From assembly GCA_964548875.1 (NCBI GenBank), contig CAZJSP010000001.1, forward strand, positions 1-41,725: a DNA stretch of 41,725 bases, given 5' to 3'. Under the pieces are notes generated by a model that did not search any database, had not been told where the DNA came from, and worked only from the letters and a program-made list of their open reading frames with translations. The translations under genes were made by a program, and so were the position numbers. This stretch comes from an uncultured Candidatus Saccharibacteria bacterium (lineage in GTDB: Bacteria; Patescibacteriota; Minisyncoccia; Minisyncoccales; JANBVM01). Shown here one piece after another: positions 1 to 9,965 of this stretch; the first letter of the stretch is position 1; every line of letters starts with the position of its first letter.

Positions 1-888
1 AATAGAAGGAATTCCCGTTATCTTCCTACTAAATAAAGGCATAACAATATTAGCCTCTATTTGTTGTATTAAAGTAAAAATAATAATAATTAAGAAAGAT
101 TTTTCCCAAGAATCTAATAAAGCTAAAAAACCGATAAGAAAAGCTGTAATAATAGGACCAATAATAGGAATAAAGTCAGCAAGGCCAGCAAAGACAGACA
201 AAGCAAAAGAATACCTTATCTCAAAAAAAGATAAAGCTATATAAGAAATTATACTAATGAAAAAACCACTTAAAAGTCGGGAAGTAAACCAACCAACAGT
301 TTTGGTTTGACACCTGCTCCATAAATCAAAAAATTGTTTTTCTTTATCTTTAGGAACAATTAATTTTACTATCCCTTTAATTTCTTTTTTCTCTATTGAG
401 AAAAAAATTGAAGAAGTTAAAACCGTCATTGTAAGTAATAAGCTACCAAAAAAATTAAAAATAATACTAAAAAAATTAGAAGAAATACCCAATAAACTAT
501 TCTGAACAGGACTAATAAAAGAGTCTATATTATTAAAAGAGTGGAATCCTCTCTCCTTTAAAAATAAAGAGAAATCTTCAAAGTGTTGAGGAAACAATCT
601 AATAAATTGTTGCACTTCTATAACAAAAATTGGCACAACCCAATAAATTAAAAAACCTGAAAGAATAAAAAATATAAGATAAATAGTAAGAGCAACCAAA
701 GATCTTGGTATTTTTTTGTTTTCAAAAAAAGAAATAAGAGGTTCAAGTAAAATCGCAATAACGGCTGAAAAGAGCAAACCAATAAAAACATCTTTAGCTA
801 AATAGAGAACATAACAAATAAAAAAAACAAATAAAACTTTTGCAATAGCCCTCCAAGAAATGTCAATTTGGCCTTTTTTTATTTCCAT
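1..888 (-). CDS. AI-2E family transporter (PerM-like permease), 3' end cut by the window edge
   Basis: This ORF is not in the ORF track because it has no stop inside the window. I checked the minus-strand frame from ATG (888..886) by hand and found no stop codon down to base 1 (296 codons). The translation starts MEIKKGQIDISWRAIAKVLFVFFICYVLYLAKDVFIGLLFSAVIAILLEPLISFFENKKIPRSL and is multi-TM. It ends ...QQIEANIVMPLFSRKITGIPSI, which resembles the conserved Q-x-x-E-x-N-x-x-x-P region of AI-2E/PerM proteins. The start overlaps the stop of the upstream M16 gene. Confidence 0.6.
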   Translation of the reverse strand, partial: MEIKKGQIDISWRAIAKVLFVFFICYVLYLAKDVFIGLLFSAVIAILLEPLISFFENKKIPRSLVALTIYLIFFILSGFLIYWVVPIFVIEVQQFIRLFPQHFEDFSLFLKERGFHSFNNIDSFISPVQNSLLGISSNFFSIIFNFFGSLLLTMTVLTSSIFFSIEKKEIKGIVKLIVPKDKEKQFFDLWSRCQTKTVGWFTSRLLSGFFISIISYIALSFFEIRYSFALSVFAGLADFIPIIGPIITAFLIGFLALLDSWEKSFLIIIIFTLIQQIEANIVMPLFSRKITGIPSI

Positions 889-2147
889 GAACTTAAAATT
901 TGTTTTATTTTATTTTTATTTTTATTCGGCCCTATCATTGCCAAATTTAGCTTTTCCTTTTTAAAAATATCTTGGGCTACTCTTAAAATATCTTTTGAGG
1001 TAACAGCATCTATTTTTTTGAATATTTCTTCAGGAGTTAAAATATTGTTTTCTAATATTTCTTGATTGGAATAAAAGGAGGCTTGAGCATTAGATGACTC
1101 TAACATTAAAGCTGTTTTCCCTTTAATATATTCTTTAGCCTTATTTAATTCTTTAGAAGAAACCTCTTTTTCAGAAATTTTTTTGTATTCTTCTAAAATA
1201 GCGGGCAAAACTTCACTTAACCTATTATTACCAATTCCAGCTCTAGCCGCTAAATAACCAGTATCAGGGTCAGAAGACGATTCAGTTAAAACATAATAAG
1301 CTGCACCCATCTCAGCTCTTATCTTCATAAATAATCTAGAACTCATCATTCCTCCCAACATAAGAGAAAGTATTTTTTGAGCATATCTATCAGGATGAAA
1401 AATATTATAAGCTCGTACCCCTAGATAAAGATGAGATTGATCAGTTTTTCTTGATTCTAAAAGAATATTGAAATTCTCTTGACTATCCTTAACTGGTTTT
1501 TTCTTCATTGGCTTATCTTTTTTTAAACCAAAAAAGTATTTATTAACCTTTTCTAATGAAGAAGGTTTAAAATCACCAGCCAAACAAATAATAGTGTTAG
1601 GGGCAGTATATTGTTTTCCGACATAATCAATAATCTTTTCTCTTGTCATGTTTTTAATAGATTCTTTTGTCCCCAAAACATTCCATCCAGCTGGTTGATC
1701 TCCATATAATAATTTATTCCATAAAAAAGATACATGTTGAATGGGCTGGTCATGATACATATTATACTCCTCAATAATTACTCCTTTTTCTTTTTCAAGC
1801 TCCTCTTTTGGGTACTTAGAATTTAAATAGATATCAGAAACCCAATCTAAAGCAGTATCAAAGTGAGAGGAGGCTACTTTAGCATAATAGCCAGTATACT
1901 CTTGTGAAGTAAAAGCATTAAAGTCTCCACCAATGCTGTCCAGCGTTTCGCTAATCTGAATAGGAGAGGGCCTTTTTTTAGTTCCCTTAAAACACATATG
2001 TTCTAAAAAATGAGAAATACCACTAGTTTCCTTTCTTTCATATTTCGATCCTGTTCCAACCAACACTAAAACAGTCACAGATTTACTATGCTCCAAGGGA
2101 ACAGAAATAATCCTTAAGCCGTTTTTAAGGGTTGTTTTTTTATACAT
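879..2147 (-). CDS. M16 family zinc metallopeptidase (insulinase/pitrilysin-like)
   Basis: 422 aa. The inverted zinc motif HxxEH is present (HFLEHMCFKGT) near the N-terminus, and the two-domain length is typical of M16B. Confidence 0.85.
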   Translation of the reverse strand: MYKKTTLKNGLRIISVPLEHSKSVTVLVLVGTGSKYERKETSGISHFLEHMCFKGTKKRPSPIQISETLDSIGGDFNAFTSQEYTGYYAKVASSHFDTALDWVSDIYLNSKYPKEELEKEKGVIIEEYNMYHDQPIQHVSFLWNKLLYGDQPAGWNVLGTKESIKNMTREKIIDYVGKQYTAPNTIICLAGDFKPSSLEKVNKYFFGLKKDKPMKKKPVKDSQENFNILLESRKTDQSHLYLGVRAYNIFHPDRYAQKILSLMLGGMMSSRLFMKIRAEMGAAYYVLTESSSDPDTGYLAARAGIGNNRLSEVLPAILEEYKKISEKEVSSKELNKAKEYIKGKTALMLESSNAQASFYSNQEILENNILTPEEIFKKIDAVTSKDILRVAQDIFKKEKLNLAMIGPNKNKNKIKQILSSWK

Positions 2148-3517
2148 TATTTTTGATTTTTAAATTTCTCTCCTTTTAAAATATTTTGAATGATTTCTTG
2201 AAGATTATTAACTTTAACCCTAATTTGTTTCATTGAGTCCCTGTCTCTTAAGGTAACAGTATTGTCTTCTAATGAATCAAAATCAACAGTGATACAAAGA
2301 GGAGTACCGATTTCGTCCTGCCTTCTATATCTTCTTCCAATCGATCCTGTCTCATCATATTCAACATTAAATTCTTTTTTAAGAGAATTATAAATGTCTC
2401 TAGATTTTTTCACTAACTTTTCTTTATTCTTTAACAGAGGAAAAATCGCTACTTTAACTGGAGCAATATCTGGTCTGAACTTAAGAAAAACTCTCTTTTC
2501 TCCCTTAACTTCTTCCTCTCGATAAGAATCTAGCAAAACAAATAAAAATGTTCTATCTACTCCTCCTGAAGTTTCAATAATATAAGGAATAAACTTTTTT
2601 CCATTATCATCGCTATAAGTAAAATCATTACTAGAATATTCGCCATGACGAGATAGATCCCAATCCCCTCGCCAGTGTATTCCTTCCCATTCTTTCCAGC
2701 CAATACCTGTTTCGTACTCAATGTCTAAGGCTATCTTAGCATAATGAGCTAATTCGTCCTTCTTGTGCTCCCTCATCCTAATTTTATCAGGATTATTTAA
2801 TAGTTTTTTATACCAATTAAGTCTTTCTTTTTTCCAATACTCAAACCACTTTTCCGCCTCATCAGGATTAATAAACCACTGCATTTCCCATTGTTCAAAT
2901 TCTCTCTGTCTTAAAAGAAAGTTTTTAGGGGTAACCTCATTACGAAAAGCTTTACCTATTTGGGCTATACCAAAAGGTATTTTCTTCCTAGAGGTTTGCA
3001 AAACATTGTAATAATTTAAATAAATACTCTGACAAGCCTCTCCTCTTAAATAGGCCTTGTCTTTTTCTCCTTCAATAACACCTAATTTAGTTTCCATTAA
3101 AAGATGGAAAGGGCGAGGCTCTGTTAATTCTCCCTGACATTCTGGACAACGAACCCTATTTAAAAGTTTTTTCAATTCAGAAAGCTTATGAGCTGTTTTA
3201 CCTATATCCTCAATTAAATGATCAGCTCTAAATCTTTTTTTACATTTTTTACAATCAACCATTGGATCACTAAAGCTTTCTATATGACCAGAAGCTTCCC
3301 AAACCCGAGGATGAGTAATAATGGATCCATCGATTCCAACAATATCCTCTCTTAACTGCACCATTTCTTTCCACCAGGCCTTTTTTAAGTTGTTTTTTAG
3401 TTCTACCCCTAAAGGACCATAATCGTAGAAGCCTGCTACTCCCCCATAAATATCTGAGGAAGGAAAAACAAAGCCCTTTCTTTTAGACAATGAAATAATT
3501 TTTGATATTTGATTCAT
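2147..3517 (-). CDS. glyQS: Glycine--tRNA ligase (dimeric alpha2 type)
   Basis: 456 aa. The N-terminus RKGFVFPSSDIYGGVAGFYDYGPLGVELKNNLKKAWW and the class II motifs are typical of GlyQS-type GlyRS. Confidence 0.9.
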   Translation of the reverse strand: MNQISKIISLSKRKGFVFPSSDIYGGVAGFYDYGPLGVELKNNLKKAWWKEMVQLREDIVGIDGSIITHPRVWEASGHIESFSDPMVDCKKCKKRFRADHLIEDIGKTAHKLSELKKLLNRVRCPECQGELTEPRPFHLLMETKLGVIEGEKDKAYLRGEACQSIYLNYYNVLQTSRKKIPFGIAQIGKAFRNEVTPKNFLLRQREFEQWEMQWFINPDEAEKWFEYWKKERLNWYKKLLNNPDKIRMREHKKDELAHYAKIALDIEYETGIGWKEWEGIHWRGDWDLSRHGEYSSNDFTYSDDNGKKFIPYIIETSGGVDRTFLFVLLDSYREEEVKGEKRVFLKFRPDIAPVKVAIFPLLKNKEKLVKKSRDIYNSLKKEFNVEYDETGSIGRRYRRQDEIGTPLCITVDFDSLEDNTVTLRDRDSMKQIRVKVNNLQEIIQNILKGEKFKNQK

Positions 3518-3519
3518 AA

Positions 3520-5151
3520 TTAATTTTCTTCTAATAAATCTTCAATTAAATTAGACGTAAAAACAGGATGAGTTAAGCTTAAATTAGACTCAACCCAGGA
3601 ATCATAGCCTGTTATGATCGTCTCTTCTAAAAGAATGTTTTCTTCTTTATATTCTTCAGGTGTTATTTTAATTTGAAAGGCTATACTTAAATTCTCTTCT
3701 CCTCTTTCTAAATCTCCAGCTGACCAAACAATTTCTCTGGTTTCAGAATCAAAAGTAAAATTTGATAATTCCGTTTCTGGAAAAATTTCTCCAGTTAATT
3801 CAACATTATCAGGTAAAAAAGTTCTTACTTTCACGTTTTGAACATCCGAATAAATAGTTTTAGGATTCCAAATAATAGTATAGGTGGTTTCTTTCCCTTC
3901 TTCAGGTTCAATAGGCCCTTTATTGCCAAAAACCTCATCCTCATAATAGCCCCTTTGATTAATTTGTAATTTAGATTTTACTTTCGTACTAAAAGTTTGA
4001 GTTGTTTGACCAATAAAAATAGTATTTTGAATAAGGGGATTTTTAACATTTCCTAAGTCTTCTCTAACTCTAATCCAAAATTCTACCTTGCCCTCTTCTA
4101 AAGGAGATAAATATTGTAACTTAGGAATGTTTTTCCAATCAAAAACAATAGAATTGCCCCCTTCTTGATAGTCCCCATCATTAGATTGTGTAGTTGTAAA
4201 ATCAAGAACAGAGTCTTCAAATTGATTTACCATAAATAAATTGGTTAGGCTTTTGTCTCCGATATTCTTAAAATAGATTTTGTAGTGCAATAGCTCTCCA
4301 ACCGAAGTAACATGCTCAGGATTACCATTTATTTCTTGCTGCAAATAAATAGAAGATTTAACTATTTCTATTCCTTTAGAAGTCTCTTTTAAAACAATAA
4401 ACTGGCCATCTTTCCAAATTCCTATTTTAGCTTTAAAAATCTTAACATCACCAATACTACCAGAAAGACTTCCCGTAATATTAATTCCTCCCCCCTCCGA
4501 TTTATTTAAAACAGAAATGTCCCATTCAACATTTTCCATGCCATAGGGAGAAGAACTAATAAATTCAAAACCAGAAGGATAGTCTATCTGACACCTTAAA
4601 TCAATTAAGGGGTATTCAACATTAGAAAAATAATTTAATTTAAAATCAAAGTTCTTGTCTTCATTAACATTAGAAGGTAAATCAAAGCTTAAGGTTAAAG
4701 GAACAGAGCTAATTCTGGTCGAAAAAGAAGATGAAGATTCGTACCTAGCCTTTAAATCTTTAGGCTTATAAGAAATAGAGGCTTTAGCTATTTTAGTATC
4801 CCCCTCCTTGCCAAACAACCTAACTCGAATTGAAATATTTCTTTCTTCTCCTGGATAAATAGTACCTCCTAATTCTTCTGAATCAAAAACCTTAATATGA
4901 AATATTTCCTCGTCTCTTAGGGTATTTTCTGGAGCTTCAAAGACCAATTCGGGTTCTTCCAATCTAAAATCACCATTATTCTTGTATTTAATAATGTATT
5001 CTACTTCTTCGGCCAAAGTGACTTCTGTAGGACCTAATATTTCTATTCTTAACGCTTCTTTAGAATAGGTCCCTGTTTGCCACTGATAAACACCGAAAGC
5101 AACTACCAAGATAAAAATAATAATTAAAAATCTATTCATATTAATTGACAA
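3520..5151 (-). CDS. Membrane-anchored hypothetical protein with about four repeated beta-sandwich (DUF11/CARDB-like) modules
   Basis: 543 aa with an N-terminal TM/signal anchor (FLIIIFILVVAFGVYQW). Recurrent modules include EVEYIIKYKNNGDFRLEEPELVF and GELLHYKIYFKNIGDKSLTNLFMV. I recognise no catalytic motif. Confidence 0.6.
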   Translation of the reverse strand: MSINMNRFLIIIFILVVAFGVYQWQTGTYSKEALRIEILGPTEVTLAEEVEYIIKYKNNGDFRLEEPELVFEAPENTLRDEEIFHIKVFDSEELGGTIYPGEERNISIRVRLFGKEGDTKIAKASISYKPKDLKARYESSSSFSTRISSVPLTLSFDLPSNVNEDKNFDFKLNYFSNVEYPLIDLRCQIDYPSGFEFISSSPYGMENVEWDISVLNKSEGGGINITGSLSGSIGDVKIFKAKIGIWKDGQFIVLKETSKGIEIVKSSIYLQQEINGNPEHVTSVGELLHYKIYFKNIGDKSLTNLFMVNQFEDSVLDFTTTQSNDGDYQEGGNSIVFDWKNIPKLQYLSPLEEGKVEFWIRVREDLGNVKNPLIQNTIFIGQTTQTFSTKVKSKLQINQRGYYEDEVFGNKGPIEPEEGKETTYTIIWNPKTIYSDVQNVKVRTFLPDNVELTGEIFPETELSNFTFDSETREIVWSAGDLERGEENLSIAFQIKITPEEYKEENILLEETIITGYDSWVESNLSLTHPVFTSNLIEDLLEEN

Positions 5152-5842
5152 ATAAAGAGAGATAATCTTTTGAAACTTTTTTTAATTCTTTGAAATGTTC
5201 TTTTTCAATTTTTAAGTTAAAAAACTGATTTTGATCTGTTAATAAAACTCTCAGTATTTTAATTAAATCGGGATTAATTTTAACACCCTTCTTCTTTTTC
5301 CTAAAACAATTAGGACAAATAATCCCCTCTTCTAAATGAAGGAAGTTCTCTTTGTATTCTAACTTGCTTTGACAAAGAGAACAACTGTAAAGATTAGGAG
5401 AATAACCTAAAATAGAAAATAATTTCCAAAGAAAATAATAAGAAACAACCTTGTAGTTTTTTTGACTATTTAAATTATTTAAAAAATCCAAAATTAAATT
5501 CCAAACCCTATCATCTTTTTCCTCTCCTTGAATAAGGTGATCAAAAATATCTATCATTTTAAAAGCAACTGCAGTCTTTTTTAAGTCTTCTCCTGTCTGA
5601 TTAAATCCCGCAATAGAAAAGGAATCAACTAGCGTTTTATAGTTCTTGCCCTGAATAAACTCTATTCGAGAAAGAGAAAACAATTTCATCCCCGACCTTA
5701 GTTTGGCATCAATTTTTCTAATACTTCTCCCTAAAACCTTAATTTTTCCAAAATCCTGAGTATAAACAGTAAAAAATCTATCAGCCTCTTTCCAATCCTC
5801 ATGCTTTAAGATAATTCCTTTTGTTTTATAACGAGTAAACAT
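5141..5842 (-). CDS. recO: DNA repair protein RecO
   Basis: 233 aa. It has an N-terminal OB-fold signature (KTKGIILKHEDWKEADRFFTVYTQDFGKIKVLGRSIRK) and a C-terminal CxxC...CxxC zinc motif (CSLCQ...CPNC). Confidence 0.85.
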   Translation of the reverse strand: MFTRYKTKGIILKHEDWKEADRFFTVYTQDFGKIKVLGRSIRKIDAKLRSGMKLFSLSRIEFIQGKNYKTLVDSFSIAGFNQTGEDLKKTAVAFKMIDIFDHLIQGEEKDDRVWNLILDFLNNLNSQKNYKVVSYYFLWKLFSILGYSPNLYSCSLCQSKLEYKENFLHLEEGIICPNCFRKKKKGVKINPDLIKILRVLLTDQNQFFNLKIEKEHFKELKKVSKDYLSLFVN

Positions 5843-5843
5843 T

Positions 5844-8693
5844 CTATTCTTTCAAAAAAACTTGAATTTTGTTTTCTCCCAATTTAAATTCTTTTTCTAT
5901 TAAAAAATCTTCTTTTTGTTTAATTTTTTCTAAATCTTTTGCTTTTGTAATTTCCGTAATATCTTTCTTGTTCTTTAATAATAGATCTTCAGAATAAGAA
6001 TCTCCAATAAACTGAACGGTAACTAAATCTTCTGGAGTAAGGCCTGCCTTCTTTCTCATCATTTGAACCTTTCGAATAAAGTCTCTTAATTCCCCTTCTT
6101 TTTTTAATTCAGGAGTAATTTTAGTATCTAGCTTCATTTCTTCGCCAAAAGAAACATTCTTAACGTTAACTTCTTTTTTAATAATTTCTAACAACTCCTC
6201 TTCTTTTTCTAGTTCTTTATTAGAAATTTCTAAATTATTAAGAGGTTGACGAACCTTAATACCTAATTCTGATCTTTCAGCTAAAACCTTGTTAACAATC
6301 TCTCTTACCTCATCCATCTTATTTTCTAGCTTATTATCAATCCTGCTTTCTTCATATTTAGGCCAATCAAACAAATGAATTGATTCTGGCATCTCTTCTT
6401 TTTTCAATTCTAAATACATTTCTTCAGCTAAAAACGGCATCATTGGAGCTATTATTTTACATAAATTTAAAAGGATGTAGTAGAATGTTCCAGTTATTTC
6501 CTTTTTTTCTTTTTCATTTTGAGGCCTCTGCAATCTTCTTCTTGATCTTCTAATATACCAAAGAGACAAATCTTCAATAAAAAAATCTTCTATAGCCAAT
6601 GCTGACTTATAGATATTATAACTATCAAGTTTTTCAGTAACATTTTTAATCAAACTATTAAACCGAGAAATAATCCATTGATCTAAAATATTGTCTGACT
6701 TCAAAAAAGCCTCTTCAATCTTTTTAATATCTTCTTTAGAAGTGTAAATTTTAAAGAAATTGTAACTATTCCATAAAGTTAAAACTTTTCTTTTAGTTTC
6801 TCGGGCAACATTATAGCCAAATTTTAAATTCATAGATGGGTTCTTACGAATATACATCCATCTTGCTATATCAGCCCCTATCTTCTCAATAGCCTCATCA
6901 AACCAAATAGCATTACCCTTAGATTTGTGCATTTCCTCCCCCTTTTCATCAACAACAGTTGCATAACCAAATATTGTTTCAGAAGGAACGCTTTCTTCTA
7001 AAATAGTACTCATGACAATTAAAGAATAAAACCAATTTTTAAATTGTCCTGGAAAAGATTCACAAATAAATTTAATTGGAAACCATTTCTTCCAATATTC
7101 CTTGTCTTCAAAATATTTAATAGTTGAAAAAGGAACTATCCCAGCATCTAACCAGGGATTACCAACATCAGGAATACGAGAAATAATTTCTCCACATTTA
7201 GAACATTTAATTTTAATTTTATCTACTTGGGGGCGGTGAGGAGATTTACTCTTAAATTCATCCCATCCTTCAACCGCTCTCTCCTTAAGCTCCTCCTTAG
7301 ATCCAATAACGTCAAAATTACCACATTGACATTCATAAATAGGTAGAGTCAGCCCCCAATATCTTTTTTTAGAAATTAGCCAATCATCCATATGACCCAA
7401 CCAATCTAGCTCTCTTTCTAAACCAAAAGAAGGAATCCATTTAATTTTTTTAGCAGTCACCATTAATTTATCTCTCATTTTATCCATAGAAATATACCAT
7501 TCATCCACTAATCTAAAAATCAATTCCGATTTACATCTCCAGCAAGTAGGATATCTATGAGTATAATTTTCTATTCTTAAAACAAGCCCTTTTTTCTCCA
7601 AATTTTCAAAAATTAAACTATTAACTTCAGAAACTAGTTTTCCGCTTAAGGGGCCAAAACCCTCTACATATCTGCTTTCATCATTAGTCGGATTAACAGC
7701 CGGCAAATTTAACTCTTTACTTAATTGAAAATCTTCTTGCCCACAACCAGGAGCAATATGAACAATTCCTGTTCCTTCTTCAGTGGTAACCTCCTCCCAA
7801 AGAACAACTTTGTGAGGGTAACCATCAATTGATTTTTTAGCTTCAGGAAGATTATCAAACATTCCCTCGTATTCTAACCCTTCTAATGATTTACCCTTCA
7901 TTTTTTTAACCACTTCTCCAGATATTAAATCTTTCTTTTCTTCTAAAAGAATAAATGAGCCTTCCTCGTTTTTAATTTCAACATAATCTAAATCAGGATT
8001 AACGGCCAAGGCAACATTAGCCGGTAAAGTCCAAGGAGTAGTGGTCCAAGCAACAAAAAACTTATTTTTTTCTCCCTTTATAGGCAGTTTAATAAAAATA
8101 GATTGATGAGTAATCTCCTTATATTCTTCAGTTAATATTTCATGCTGAGAAATAGCAGTACCGCATCTCGGACACCAAGGAACAACATCTCTCCCCTTGT
8201 ATAATAAATTTTCTTCTTTACACTTTTTTAAAAAATACCAAATAGCATAATTATTTTCGTCTGACATTGTAAAGTAGGAATTATCCCAGTCCATCCATTG
8301 CCCCAGCCTTATAGATTGATTAGTTTGAATTTCAGAATATTTTTTAACTCTTTCTTTACATTTTTGAACAAATTTTTCTATTCCGTATTCTTCAATGTCT
8401 TTTTTATTTTTAAATCCTAATTCTTTTTCAACTTCTACCTCTACCCATAATCCCTGACAATCAAAACCATTCTGAAATCTTTCATCAAAACCTTGCATAG
8501 CCTTATACCTCTGCATTAAATCTTTATAGGTTCTACCCCAAGCATGATGTACCCCCATTGGATTATTAGCTGTAATAGGACCATCTAAAAAAGACCAAGG
8601 TTTTTGACCTTTTATTTTTTTCTGTAATTTTTGGAAAACATTGTTTTCTTTCCAAAATTTTAATATTTTTTCTTCGTATTTATCTGGAAACAT
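5844..8693 (-). CDS. ileS: Isoleucine--tRNA ligase (type 2, archaeal/eukaryote-like)
   Basis: 949 aa. It has a HIGH-region variant (PITANNPMGVHHAWGRTYKD), a KMSKS variant (EMHKSKGN) and an inserted CP1 editing domain. Confidence 0.9.
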   Translation of the reverse strand: MFPDKYEEKILKFWKENNVFQKLQKKIKGQKPWSFLDGPITANNPMGVHHAWGRTYKDLMQRYKAMQGFDERFQNGFDCQGLWVEVEVEKELGFKNKKDIEEYGIEKFVQKCKERVKKYSEIQTNQSIRLGQWMDWDNSYFTMSDENNYAIWYFLKKCKEENLLYKGRDVVPWCPRCGTAISQHEILTEEYKEITHQSIFIKLPIKGEKNKFFVAWTTTPWTLPANVALAVNPDLDYVEIKNEEGSFILLEEKKDLISGEVVKKMKGKSLEGLEYEGMFDNLPEAKKSIDGYPHKVVLWEEVTTEEGTGIVHIAPGCGQEDFQLSKELNLPAVNPTNDESRYVEGFGPLSGKLVSEVNSLIFENLEKKGLVLRIENYTHRYPTCWRCKSELIFRLVDEWYISMDKMRDKLMVTAKKIKWIPSFGLERELDWLGHMDDWLISKKRYWGLTLPIYECQCGNFDVIGSKEELKERAVEGWDEFKSKSPHRPQVDKIKIKCSKCGEIISRIPDVGNPWLDAGIVPFSTIKYFEDKEYWKKWFPIKFICESFPGQFKNWFYSLIVMSTILEESVPSETIFGYATVVDEKGEEMHKSKGNAIWFDEAIEKIGADIARWMYIRKNPSMNLKFGYNVARETKRKVLTLWNSYNFFKIYTSKEDIKKIEEAFLKSDNILDQWIISRFNSLIKNVTEKLDSYNIYKSALAIEDFFIEDLSLWYIRRSRRRLQRPQNEKEKKEITGTFYYILLNLCKIIAPMMPFLAEEMYLELKKEEMPESIHLFDWPKYEESRIDNKLENKMDEVREIVNKVLAERSELGIKVRQPLNNLEISNKELEKEEELLEIIKKEVNVKNVSFGEEMKLDTKITPELKKEGELRDFIRKVQMMRKKAGLTPEDLVTVQFIGDSYSEDLLLKNKKDITEITKAKDLEKIKQKEDFLIEKEFKLGENKIQVFLKE

Positions 8694-8717
8694 TCTATTA
8701 AAATTATCTTAAATTTT

Positions 8718-9266
8718 TTATAAATATTTTAGCATAATAACCTCATCAAAAGTTCCTATTCGATATCTTACTTGTTTAGGAACTCTAGCTATTTCTTCAA
8801 ATCCTTCTTTTTTATATAAAGAAAGGGCTACTTCGTTAGCTGAGGCAACGCTTAATCTTATCATTTCTGGTCTAGGAGCTATTTCCTTTTGAGCTAATTT
8901 TATAATTTCTTTTAAAAGATATCGGCCCACACCCTTCCCTCTATAATCTTTTAAAACAGCTATCCCTAAACCTGCAACATGACTTTCAGTTCCCTCTTTT
9001 AAACTAATACCAGCCTTACCAACAATTTTTTCTCCATCCTCAACTATTAAGCCAACCCCTTGAGACTTTTTTATTTTTTCCCAATTTTCCTTTAAATATT
9101 CTTTTTCCTCTTCCAAAGTTTTCTTTTTTTGAAAAGAAAGATAAGCATCATCATCTTCCGCCAACTTGTTGGCATAATCCTGAAATTTCACAGCGTCTTT
9201 AATGTCTTCTTCTTTTTCGGTCCTTATTTTTAATTCAATATCTTTAAATTTTTTAATTATTTCCAT
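8718..9266 (-). CDS. GNAT family N-acetyltransferase
   Basis: 182 aa with the acetyl-CoA binding motif A (VLKDYRGKGVGRYLLKEII). Confidence 0.8.
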   Translation of the reverse strand: MEIIKKFKDIELKIRTEKEEDIKDAVKFQDYANKLAEDDDAYLSFQKKKTLEEEKEYLKENWEKIKKSQGVGLIVEDGEKIVGKAGISLKEGTESHVAGLGIAVLKDYRGKGVGRYLLKEIIKLAQKEIAPRPEMIRLSVASANEVALSLYKKEGFEEIARVPKQVRYRIGTFDEVIMLKYL

Positions 9267-9270
9267 TTTT

Positions 9271-9924
9271 TTATCGAAAGTTTATTTTTCTTAATTCTCC
9301 CGGCTGAATAATCGGAGTATTATATCTTGCCTGGGCCATTTTTTGAAGATTCTGTTTTTGAGCTATTCCTTTTTCTAAAAGCCAAAGAGGATCTCCATGA
9401 CTTACAATTAAAATATTTTTATTTTTGTATTTCCTTTCAAGATCTTTAATAACTTCTCCCACTCTTTGCATGCAATTAAGCCAAGACTCTCCTTCCGGAA
9501 CCCCTTCTTCTAACATAATTTGAGGATCTACTTCATCGTAAAACTTCTGTTTTTCTCCTCCCTCATAAACTCCCAAATTAACATCTCTCAACCTTTTATC
9601 TGAAGTAATTTCAATTCCCAACCCTTTAGCTACAAGTCGAGCTGTAATCTGAGTTCTTAAAAAATCTGAAGCAACAATAATATCTATTTTTTCTTTTTGA
9701 AGCTGAGGAATTAAATTCTTTACATCTTTTTCTCCTTCTTCGGTAATTCCTAATTCAAATCGAGTTGATTTCGGATAAATGGTATTTCTTAAGCCCGCCG
9801 TATAAAGAGTTTCTCCATGTCTTAAAATAAAATAATTATTATTAACTTTTTTAATCGAAAAACGTTCTTTTTTAGTTTTAAAAAAATTAAAAGCTTCTTT
9901 CAACCTTAAAAAAAGAGTTTTCAT
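9271..9924 (-). CDS. Histidine phosphatase family protein (phosphoglycerate mutase-like)
   Basis: 217 aa with the RHG catalytic motif (FILRHGETLY) and a downstream SHG (IVSHGDPLW). Confidence 0.75.
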   Translation of the reverse strand: MKTLFLRLKEAFNFFKTKKERFSIKKVNNNYFILRHGETLYTAGLRNTIYPKSTRFELGITEEGEKDVKNLIPQLQKEKIDIIVASDFLRTQITARLVAKGLGIEITSDKRLRDVNLGVYEGGEKQKFYDEVDPQIMLEEGVPEGESWLNCMQRVGEVIKDLERKYKNKNILIVSHGDPLWLLEKGIAQKQNLQKMAQARYNTPIIQPGELRKINFR

Positions 9925-9965
9925 ACTATTAAAATTATCATTTTAAGCCAAGTTTATCAAATTTT

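Noticed and set aside
868-1065. Short antisense 'shadow' ORFs from the six-frame track: 868..1065, 2763..3011, 13018..13245, 13629..13823, 15293..15481, 20330..20572, 20816..21070, 21174..21383, 21305..21487, 22402..22599, 24497..24694, 29824..30066, 34436..34669 and 41111..41305.
   Set aside because: Each lies wholly or largely inside a longer, motif-supported gene on the opposite strand, or across the tmRNA in the case of 13629..13823. All have low-complexity, hydrophobic, AT-driven composition, which is typical of spurious ORFs in low-GC genomes.
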